Source: Auanema rhodensis (lineage: Eukaryota; Animalia; Nematoda). From it: a DNA stretch of 64,000 nucleotides. Both the position numbers and the translations under genes were made by a program. The notes beneath the pieces were generated by a model. The model had not been told where the DNA came from. It was given only the letters and a program-made list of their open reading frames with translations, and ran no database searches. The stretch spans positions 11,284,001 to 11,348,000 of the forward strand of contig OZ059898.1 in the NCBI GenBank assembly GCA_964057225.1, written 5' to 3'. The stretch's first letter is position 1. Each line of letters begins with the position of its first letter. This document shows positions 48,901-60,881 of this stretch, one piece after another.

Positions 48901-51900
48901 GTACTTATTGGAATTAGATCAAAAAGCATCAAAAAAATGATTTCTCATGCAAAATATTCGCAGTCAGCACGATTCGAACCTACGCGGGCAGAGCCCAATT
49001 GATTTCTAGTCAATCTCCTTAACCACTCGGACATGACTGCTTGTAGAAGGAATATACTTCACAGTTAAAGTGATAGACGCAATGATCTCGTACTTATTGG
49101 AATAAGATCAAAAAGCATCAAAAAAGTGATTTGTCATGCAAAATATTCGCAGTCAGCAGGATTCGAACCTACGCGGGCAGAGCCCAATTGATTTCTAGTC
49201 AATCTCCTTAACCACTCGGACATGACTGCTTGTAGAAGGAATATACTGTAAAGTTAAAGTGATAGACGCAATGATCTCGTACTTTTTGGAATAAGATCAA
49301 ATGGGATCAAAAAATTGATTTGTCATGCAAAATATTCGCAGTCAGCAGGATTCGAACCTACGCGGGCAGAGCCCAATTGATTTCTAGTCAATCTCCTTAA
49401 CCACTCGGACATGACTGCTTGTAGAAGGAATATACTTTACAGTTGAAGTGATAGACGCAATGATTTCGTACATATTTGAATTAGATCAAAAAGCATCAAA
49501 AAATTGATTTCTCATGCAAAATATTCGCAGTCAGCAGGATTCGAACCTACGCGGGCAGAGCCCAATTGATTTCTAGTCAATCTCCTTAACCACTCGGACA
49601 TGACTGCTTGTAGAAGGAATATACTTTACAGTTAAAGTGATAGACGCAATGATGTCGTACTTTTTGGAATAAGATCAAAAGGGATCAAAAAATTGATTTC
49701 TCATGCAAAATATTCGCAGTCAGCAGGATTCGAACCTACGCGGGCAGAGCCCAATTGATTTCTAGTCAATCTCCTTAACCACTCGGACATGACTGCTTGT
49801 AGAATGAATACACTTTACAGTTAAAGTGATAGACGCAATGATCTCGTACTTTTTGGAATAAGATCAAAAGGGATCAAAAAATTGATTTCTCATGCAAAAT
49901 ATTCGCAGTCAGCAGGATTCGAACCTACGCGGGCCGAGCCCAATTGATTTCTAGTCAATCTCCTTAACCACTCGGACATGACTGCTTGTAGAAGGAATAT
50001 ACTTCACAGTTCAAGTGATAGACGCAATGATCTCGTACTTTTTGGAATAAGATCAAAAGGGATCAAAAAATTGATTTCTCATGCAAAATATTCGCAGTCA
50101 GCAGGATTCGAACCTACGCGGGCCGAGCCCAATTGATTTCTAGTCAATCTCCTTAACCACTCGGACATGACTGCTTGTAGAATGAATACACTTTACAGTT
50201 AAAGTGATAGACGCAATGATCTCGTACTTTTTGGAATAAGATCAAAAGGGATCAAAAAATTGATTTCTCATGCAAAATATTCGCAGTCAGCAGGATTCGA
50301 ACCTACGCGGGCCGAGCCCAATTGATTTCTAGTCAATCTCCTTAACCACTCGGACATGACTGCTTGTAGAAGGAATATACTTTACAGTTAAAGTGATAGA
50401 CGCAATGATCTCGTACTTTTTGGAATAAGATCAAAAGGGATCAAAAAATTGATTTCTCATGCAAAATATTCGCAGTCAGCAGGATTCGAACCTACGCGGG
50501 CAGAGCCCAATTGATTTCTAGTCAATCTCCTTAACCACTCGGACATGACTGCTTGTAGAATGAATACACTTTACAGTTAAAGTGATAGACGCAATGATCT
50601 CGTACTTTTTGGAATAAGATCAAAAGGGATCAAAAAATTGATTTCTCATGCAAAATATTCGCAGTCAGCAGGATTCGAACCTACGCGGGCAGAGCCCAAT
50701 TGATTTCTAGTCAATCTCCTTAACCACTCGGACATGACTGCTTGTAGAAGGAATATACTTTACAGTTAAAGTGATAGACGCAATGATCTCGTACTTTTTG
50801 GAATAAGATCAAAAGGGATCAAAAAATTGATTTCTCATGCAAAATATTCGCAGTCAGCAGGATTCGAACCTACGCGGGCAGAGCCCAATTGATTTCTAGT
50901 CAATCTCCTTAACCACTCGGACATGACTGCTTGTAGAAGGAATATACTTTACAGTTAAAGTGATAGACGCAATGATCTCGTACTTTTTGGAATAAGATCA
51001 AAAGGGATCAAAAAATTGATTTCTCATGCAAAATATTCGCAGTCAGCAGGATTCGAACCTACGCGGGCAGAGCCCAATTGATTTCTAGTCAATCTCCTTA
51101 ACCACTCGGACATGACTGCTTGTAGAAGGAATATACTTCACAGTTAAAGTGATAGACGCAATGATCTCGTACTTATTGGAATTAGATCAAAAAGCATCAA
51201 AAAAATGATTTCTCATGCAAAATATTCGCAGTCAGCACGATTCGAACCTACGCGGGCAGAGCCCAATTGATTTCTAGTCAATCTCCTTAACCACTCGGAC
51301 ATGACTGCTTGTAGAAGGAATATACTTCACAGTTAAAGTGATAGACGCAATGATCTCGTACTTATTGGAATAAGATCAAAAAGCATCAAAAAAGTGATTT
51401 CTCATGCAAAATATTCGCAGTCAGCAGGATTCGAACCTACGCGGGCATAGCCCAATTGATTTCTAGTCAATCTCCTTAACCACTCGGACATGACTGCTTG
51501 TAGAAGGAATATACTTTACAGTTAAAGTGATAGACGCAATGATTTCGTACTTTTTGGAATAAGATCAAATGGGATCAAAAAATTGATTTGTCATGCAAAA
51601 TATTCGCAGTCAGCAGGATTCGAACCTACGCGGGCAGAGCCCAATTGATTTCTAGTCAATCTCCTTAACCACTCGGACATGACTGCTTGTAGAAGGAATA
51701 TACTGTAAAGTTAAAGTGATAGACGCAATGATCTCGTACTTTTTGGAATAAGATCAAATGGGATCAAAAAATTGATTTGTCATGCAAAATATTCGCAGTC
51801 AGCAGGATTCGAACCTACGCGGGCAGAGCCCAATTGATTTCTAGTCAATCTCCTTAACCACTCGGACATGACTGCTTGTAGAAGGAATATACTTTACAGT

Positions 51901-54900
51901 TAAAGTGATAGACGCAATGATCTCGTACTTTTTGGAATAAGATCAAAAGGGATCAAAAAATTGATTTCTCATGCAAAATATTCGCAGTCAGCAGGATTCG
52001 AACCTACGCGGGCAGAGCCCAATTGATTTCTAGTCAATCTCCTTAACCACTCGGACATGACTGCTTGTAGAAGGAATATACTTCACAGTTAAAGTGATAG
52101 ACGCAATGATCTCGTACTTATTGGAATTAGATCAAAAAGCATCAAAAAAATGATTTCTCATGCAAAATATTCGCAGTCAGCACGATTCGAACCTACGCGG
52201 GCAGAGCCCAATTGATTTCTAGTCAATCTCCTTAACCACTCGGACATGACTGCTTGTAGAAGGAATATACTTCACAGTTAAAGTGATAGACGCAATGATC
52301 TCGTACTTATTGGAATAAGATCAAAAAGCATCAAAAAAGTGATTTCTCATGCAAAATATTCGCAGTCAGCAGGATTCGAACCTACGCGGGCATAGCCCAA
52401 TTGATTTCTAGTCAATCTCCTTAACCACTCGGACATGACTGCTTGTAGAAGGAATATACTTTACAGTTAAAGTGATAGACGCAATGATTTCGTACTTTTT
52501 GGAATAAGATCAAATGGGATCAAAAAATTGATTTGTCATGCAAAATATTCGCAGTCAGCAGGATTCGAACCTACGCGGGCAGAGCCCAATTGATTTCTAG
52601 TCAATCTCCTTAACCACTCGGACATGACTGCTTGTAGAAGGAATATACTGTAAAGTTAAAGTGATAGACGCAATGATCTCGTACTTTTTGGAATAAGATC
52701 AAATGGGATCAAAAAATTGATTTGTCATGCAAAATATTCGCAGTCAGCAGGATTCGAACCTACGCGGGCAGAGCCCAATTGATTTCTAGTCAATCTCCTT
52801 AACCACTCGGACATGACTGCTTGTAGAAGGAATATACTGTAAAGTTAAAGTGATAGACGCAATGATCTCGTACTTTTTGGAATAAGATCAAATGGGATCA
52901 AAAAATTGATTTGTCATGCAAAATATTCGCAGTCAGCAGGATTCGAACCTACGCGGGCAGAGCCCAATTGATTTCTAGTCAATCTCCTTAACCACTCGGA
53001 CATGACTGCTTGTAGAAGGAATATACTGTAAAGTTAAAGTGATAGACGCAATGATCTCGTACTTTTTGGATTAAGATCAAATGGGATCAAAAAATTGATT
53101 TGTCATGCAAAATATTCGCAGTCAGCAGGATTCGAACCTACGCGGGCAGAGCCCAATTGATTTCTAGTCAATCTCCTTAACCACTCGGACATGACTGCTT
53201 GTAGAAGGAATATACTTTACAGTTGAAGTGATAGACGCAATGATTTCGTACATATTTGAATTAGATCAAAAAGCATCAAAAAATTGATTTGTCATGCAAA
53301 ATATTCGCAGTCAGCAGGATTCGAACCTACGCGGGCAGAGCCCAATTGATTTCTAGTCAATCTCCTTAACCACTCGGACATGACTGCTTGTAGAAGGAAT
53401 ATACTGTAAAGTTAAAGTGATAGACGCAATGATCTCGTACTTTTTGGAATAAGATCAAATGGGATCAAAAAATTGATTTGTCATGCAAAATATTCGCAGT
53501 CAGCACGATTCGAACCTACGCGGGCAGAGCCCAATTGATTTCTAGTCAATCTCCTTAACCACTCGGACATGACTGCTTGTAGAAGGAATATACTGTAAAG
53601 TTAAAGTGATAGACGCAATGATCTCGTACTTTTTGGAATAAGATCAAATGGGATCAAAAAATTGATTTCTCATGCAAAATATTCGCAGTCAGCAGGATTC
53701 GAACCTACGCGGGCAGAGCCCAATTGATTTCTAGTCAATCTCCTTAACCACTCGGACATGACTGCTTGTAGAAGGAATATACTTTACAGTTAAAGTGATA
53801 GACGCAATGATCTCGTACTTTTTGGAATAAGATCAAAAGGGATCAAAAAATTGATTTCTCATGCAAAATATTCGCAGTCAGCAGGATTCGAACCTACGCG
53901 GGCAGAGCCCAATTGATTTCTAGTCAATCTCCTTAACCACTCGGACATGACTGCTTGTAGAAGGAATATACTTTACAGTTAAAGTGATAGACGCAATGAT
54001 CTCGTACTTTTTGGAATAAGATCAAAAGGGATCAAAAAATTGATTTCTCATGCAAAATATTCGCAGTCAGCAGGATTCGAACCTACGCGGGCAGAGCCCA
54101 ATTGATTTCTAGTCAATCTCCTTAACCACTCGGACATGACTGCTTGTAGAAGGAATATACTTTACAGTTAAAGTGATAGACGCAATGATCTCGTACTTTT
54201 TGGAATAAGATCAAAAGGGATCAAAAAATTCATTTCTCATGCAAAATATTCGCAGTCAGCAGGATTCGAACCTACGCGGGCAGAGCCCAATTGATTTCTA
54301 GTCAATCTCCTTAACCACTCGGACATGACTGCTTGTAGAAGGAATATACTTCACAGTTAAAGTGATAGACGCAATGATCTCGTACTTATTGGAATTAGAT
54401 CAAAAAGCATCAAAAAAATGATTTCTCATGCAAAATATTCGCAGTCAGCACGATTCGAACCTACGCGGGCAGAGCCCAATTGATTTCTAGTCAATCTCCT
54501 TAACCACTCGGACATGACTGCTTGTAGAAGGAATATACTTCACAGTTAAAGTGATAGACGCAATGATCTCGTACTTATTGGAACAAGATCAAAAAGCATC
54601 AAAAAAGTGATTTCTCATGCAAAATATTCGCAGTCAGCAGGATTCGAACCTACGCGGGCATAGCCCAATTGATTTCTAGTCAATCTCCTTAACCACTCGG
54701 ACATGACTGCTTGTAGAAGGAATATACTTTACAGTTAAAGTGATAGACGCAATGATTTCGTACATATTTGAATTAGATCAAAAAGCATCAAAAAATTGAT
54801 TTCTCATGCAAAATATTCGCAGTCAGCAGGATTCGAACCTACGCGGGCAGAGCCCAATTGATTTCTAGTCAATCTCCTTAACCACTCGGACATAACTGCT

Positions 54901-57900
54901 TGTAGAAGGAATATACTTTACAGTTAAAGTGATAGACGCAATGATGTCGTACTTTTTGGAATAAGATCAAAAGGGATCAAAAAATTGATTTCTCATGCAA
55001 AATATTCGCAGTCAGCAGGATTCGAACCTACGCGGGCAGAGCCCAATTGATTTCTAGTCAATCTCCTTAACCACTCGGACATGACTGCTTGTAGAATGAA
55101 TACACTTTACAGTTAAAGTGATAGACGCAATGATCTCGGACTTTTTGGAATAAGATCAAAAGGGATCAAAAAATTGATTTCTCATGCAAAATATTCGCAG
55201 TCAGCAGGATTCGAACCTACGCGGGCCGAGCCCAATTGATTTCTAGTCAATCTCCTTAACCACTCGGACATGACTGCTTGTAGAAGGAATATACTTCACA
55301 GTTCAAGTGATAGACGCAATGATCTCGTACTTTTTGGAATAAGATCAAAAGAGATCAAAAAATTCATTTCTCATGCAAAATATTCGCAGTCAGCAGGATT
55401 CGAACCTACGCGGGCAGAGCCCAATTGATTTCTAGTCAATCTCCTTAACCACTCGGACATGACTGCTTGTAGAAGGAATATACTTTACAGTTAAAGTGAT
55501 AGACGCAATGATCTCGTACTTTTTGGAATAAGATCAAAAGGGATCAAAAAATTGATTTCTCATGCAAAATATTCGCAGTCAGCAGGATTCGAACCTACGC
55601 GGGCAGAGCCCAATTGATTTCTAGTCAATCTCCTTAACCACTCGGACATGACTGCTTGTAGAAGGAATATACTTTACAGTTAAAGTGATAGACGCAATGA
55701 TCTCGTACTTTTTGGAATAAGATCAAAAGGGATCAAAAAATTGATTTCTCATGCAAAATATTCGCAGTCAGCAGGATTCGAACCTACGCGGGCAGAGCCC
55801 AATTGATTTCTAGTCAATCTCCTTAACCACTCGGACATGACTGCTTGTAGAAGGAATATACTTTACAGTTAAAGTGATAGACGCAATGATCTCGTACTTT
55901 TTGGAATAAGATCAAAAGGGATCAAAAAATTGATTTCTCATGCAAAATATTCGCAGTCAGCAGGATTCGAACCTACGCGGGCAGAGCCCAATTGATTTCT
56001 AGTCAATCTCCTTAACCACTCGGACATGACTGCTTGTAGAAGGAATATACTTCACAGTTCAAGTGATAGACGCAATGATGTCGTACTTTTTGGAATAAGA
56101 TCAAAAGGGATCAAAAAATTCATTTCTCATGCAAAATATTCGCAGTCAGCAGGATTCGAACCTACGCGGGCAGAGCCCAATTGATTTCTAGTCAATCTCC
56201 TTAACCACTCGGACATGACTGCTTGTAGAATGAATACACTTTACAGTTAAAGTGATAGACGCAATGATCTCGTACTTTTTGGAATAAGATCAAAAGGGAT
56301 CAAAAAATTGATTTCTCATGCAAAATATTCGCAGTCAGCAGGATTCGAACCTACGCGGGCAGAGCCCAATTGATTTCTAGTCAATCTCCTTAACCACTCG
56401 GACATGACTGCTTGTAGAATGAATACACTTTACAGTTAAAGTGATAGACGCAATGATCTCGTACTTTTTGGAATAAGATCAAAAGGGATCAAAAAATTGA
56501 TTTCTCATGCAAAATATTCGCAGTCAGCAGGATTCGAACCTACGCGGGCAGAGCCCAATTCATTTCTAGTCAATCTCCTTAACCACTCGGACATGACTGC
56601 TTGTAGAATGAATACACTTTACAGTTAAAGTGATAGACGCAATGATCTCGTACTTTTTGGAATAAGATCAAAAGGGATCAAAAAATTGATTTCTCATGCA
56701 AAATATTCGCAGTCAGCAGGATTCGAACCTACGCGGGCCGAGCCCAATTGATTTCTAGTCAATCTCCTTAACCACTCGGACATGACTGCTTGTAGTAGGA
56801 ATATACTTCACAGTTCAAGTGATAGACGCAATGATCTCGTACTTTTTGGAATAAGATCAAAAGAGATCAAAAAATTCATTTCTCATGCAAAATATTCGCA
56901 GTCAGCAGGATTCGAACCTACGCGGGCAGAGCCCAATTGATTTCTAGTCAATCTCCTTAACCACTCGGACATGACTGCTTGTAGAAGGAATATACTTTAC
57001 AGTTAAAGTGATAGACGCAATGATCTCGTACTTTTTGGAATAAGATCAAAAGGGATCAAAAAATTGATTTCTCATGCAAAATATTCGCAGTCAGCAGGAT
57101 TCGAACCTACGCGGGCAGAGCCCAATTGATTTCTAGTCAATCTCCTTAACCACTCGGACATGACTGCTTGTAGAAGGAATATACTTTACAGTTAAAGTGA
57201 TAGACGCAATGATCTCGTACTTTTTGGAATAAGATCAAAAGGGATCAAAAAATTGATTTCTCATGCAAAATATTCGCAGTCAGCAGGATTCGAACCTACG
57301 CGGGCAGAGCCCAATTGATTTCTAGTCAATCTCCTTAACCACTCGGACATGACTGCTTGTAGAATGAATACACTTTACAGTTAAAGTGATTGACGCAATG
57401 GTCTCGTACTTTTTGGAATAAGATCAAAAGGGATCAAAAAATTGATTTCTCATGCAAAATATTCGCAGTCAGCAGGATTCGAACCTACGCGGGCAGAGCC
57501 CAATTGATTTCTAGTCAATCTCCTTAACCACTCGGACATGACTGCTTGTAGAAGGAATATACTTTACAGTTAAAGTGATAGACGCAATGATCTCGTACTT
57601 TTTGGAATAAGATCAAAAGGGATCAAAAAATTGATTTCTCATGCAAAATATTCGCAGTCAGCAGGATTCGAACCTACGCGGGCAGAGCCCAATTGATTTC
57701 TAGTCAATCTCCTTAACCACTCGGACATGACTGCTTGTAGAAGGAATATACTTTACAGTTAAAGTGATAGACGCAATGATCTCGTACTTTTTGGAATAAG
57801 ATCAAAAGGGATCAAAAAATTGATTTCTCATGCAAAATATTCGCAGTCAGCAGGATTCGAACCTACGCGGGCAGAGCCCAATTGATTTCTAGTCAATCTC

Positions 57901-59843
57901 CTTAACCACTCGGACATGACTGCTTGTAGAAGGAATATACTTTACAGTTAAAGTGATAGACGCAATGATCTCGTACTTTTTGGAATAAGATCAAAAGGGA
58001 TCAAAAAATTGATTTCTCATGCAAAATATTCGCAGTCAGCAGGATTCGAACCTACGCGGGCAGAGCCCAATTGATTTCTAGTCAATCTCCTTAACCACTC
58101 GGACATGACTGCTTGTAGAAGGAATATACTTTACAGTTAAAGTGATAGACGCAATGATCTCGTACTTTTTGGAATAAGATCAAAAGGGATCAAAAAATTG
58201 ATTTGTTATGCAAAATATTCGCAGTCAGCAGGATTCGAACTTACGCGGGCAGAGCCCAATTGATTTCTAGTCAATCTCCTTAACCACTCGGACATGACTG
58301 CTTGTAGAAGGAATATACTTTACAGTTGAAGTGATAGACGCAATGATCTCGTACTTTTTGGAATAAGATCAAAAAGAATCAAAAAATTGATTTCTCATGC
58401 AAAATATTCGCAGTCAGCAGGATTCGAACCTACGCGGGCATAGCCCAATTGATTTCTAGTCAATCTCCTTAACCACTCGGACATGACTGCTTGTAAAAGT
58501 AATATACTTTACAGTTAAAATGATAGACGCAATGATCTCCTACTTTTTGGAATAAGATCAAAAGGGATCAAAAAATTGATTTCTCATGCAAAATATTCGC
58601 AGTCAGCAGGATTCGAACCTACGCGGGCAGAGCCCAATTGATTTCTAGTCAATCTCCTTAACCACTCGGACATGACTGCTTGTAGAAGGAATATACTTTA
58701 CAGTTAAAGTGATAGACGCAATGATCTCGTACTATTTGGAATAAGATCAAAAGGGATCAAAAAGTTGATTTGTCATGCAAAATATTCGCAGTCAGCAGGA
58801 TTCGAACCTACGCGGGCAGAGCCCATTTGATTTCTAGTCAATCTCCTTAACCACTCGGACATGACTGCTTGTAGAAGGAATATACTTTACAGTTAAAGTG
58901 ATAGACGCAATGATCTCGTACTTTTTGGAATAAGATCGAAAGGGATCAAAAAATTGATTTCTCATGCAAAATATTCGCAGTCAGCAGGATTCGAACCTAC
59001 GCGGGCAGAGCCCAATTGATTTCTAGTCAATCTCCTTAACCACTCGGACATGACTGCATGTATAAGGAATATACTTTACAGTTAAAGTGATAGACGCAAT
59101 GATCTCGTACTTTTTGGAATAAGATCAAATGGGATCAAAAAATTGATTTGTCATGCAAAATATTCGCAGTCAGCAGGATTCGAACCTACGCGGGCAGAGC
59201 CCAATTGATTTCTAGTCAATCTCCTGAACCACTCGGACATGACTGCTCGTAAAAGGAATATACTTTACAGTTAAAGTGATACACGCAATGATTTCGTACT
59301 TTTTGGAATAAGATCAAAAGGGATCAAAAAATTGAATTCTCATGCAAAATATTCGCAGTCAGCAGGATTCGAACCTACGCGGGCAGAGCCCAATTGATTT
59401 CTAGTCAATCTCCTTAACCACTCGGACATGACTGCTTGTAAAAGTAATATACTTTACAGTTAAAGTGATAGCCGCAATGATTTCGTACATATTAGAATTA
59501 GATCAAAAAGCATCAAAAAATTGATTTGTCATGCAAAATATTCGCAGTCAGCAGGATTCGAACCTACGCGGGCAGAGCCCAATTGATTTCTAGTCAATCT
59601 CCTTAACCACTCGGACATGACTGCTTGTAAAAGTAATATACTTTACAGTTAAAATGATAGACGCAATGATCTCGTACTATTTGGAATAAGATCAAAAGGG
59701 ATCAAAAAGTTGATTTCTCATGCAAAATATTCGCAGTCAGCAGGATTCGAACCTACGCGTGCAGAGCCCAATTGATTTCTAGTCAATCTCCTTAACCACT
59801 CGGACATGACTGCTTGTAGAAGGAATTTACTTTACAGTTAAAG
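45962..59843 (-). repeat. tRNA-Ser(AGA) array block D (inverted): one fragment plus 73 full-length genes
   Basis: Fragment 45962-46015; full genes from 46123-46204 to 59732-59813 at 189-bp spacing, with one 190-bp unit near 48540. Confidence 0.96.
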
Positions 59844-60188
59844 TGGCGTTCCGTTATGCTCTCACGTCGATCCTATAGACCAATAAAGCCTACAAGATGA
59901 GTGTGATAGTATTCCAGATGTAGCGGTAGATAAAGAGCATAATGGATAAACATAAGACTCGAGAAAGAAAGGTTTATTATGTCTACATGATTACAATAAG
60001 TTATATAAATCTACATAAAGATATAAAGTGAAAGAGAGCTAAGAAAGGAAGACCAACCATCCCTAGTCATTCCATAAGGCAAAGCTGAAGTCTGTGTTCC
60101 ATATGAAGGGCGTGTCGTCCTCTCTCAGCCTCATGTCGTCTGATTCTAACCCGCCTGCTACGTATTGATTTCCGAATGGAACGTGCCA
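59844..60188 (-). repeat. Putative Gypsy 3' LTR (~345 bp)
   Basis: Minus strand reads TGGCACGTTCC...GGAACGCCA (TG..CA with terminal inverted repeat), with a TATA-like stretch (~60001-60009) followed by AATAAA (~59973-59978). The PPT is weak (GAAAAAA) and the second LTR is outside the window. Confidence 0.6.
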
Positions 60189-60881
60189 TTTTTTCGAGTT
60201 TATGTCGCGTCCTCGCGAATAGCAAAATATGTGGTTTGTTTCAATCGTAGCAGAAGGTTTAGTTTTTAAAAAATAAAAATTACAATGTTAACATAAAAAT
60301 AGTAAAGATAAATTACAATATAATGTTAAACAATATTATCTGAAAAGAATTTAATAAAAGTTATTTGAAAATACATGAATATTAAGGAATAAAACAATCT
60401 TTTAGAATACCAGGGCTATATTTTGTCAGCGAGAGTGCGCAAAATAGGTTTTTAGGCACGACGCTGCATGTCTAACTTGTTTGAGTATAGAGAAACGAGA
60501 GTCATGCTATATTATCGATGGAGCTAGCATGTTTCTTCAGCGTATTCAAAGCGAATTGTAATAATAAAAAAAAATTAAATTAAATTCCATATAATTTCCG
60601 GAATTGAATCATTAACTACTTGATAAGGACTGTTGCTCAGATGAATATGCAATATAATGTCTCTTATCTTTCATTTCTTCTTTATTTACGGGAAATTATT
60701 TGAAATTGATGAAGTTTTATAATCATATATGCTTTGAAACTGAAATGCTTTTTGATTATTAGCTTACATCTCGTCTTACTCAAGTTTTTCAATGATATAA
60801 TAATATTAATAGCTCTGGTTTTTTAAAAGAGAGTTGATACAAAGTTTTACAATAATTTTATCAATCTCGAAATTATTTCTT

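Noticed and set aside
26887-59843. CRISPR-like repeat-spacer array
   Set aside because: Spacers are near-identical rather than unique, the repeat is a canonical eukaryotic tRNA, and there are no cas genes.
60189-60881. env gene in the Gypsy element
   Set aside because: AT-rich region with no sizeable ORF.
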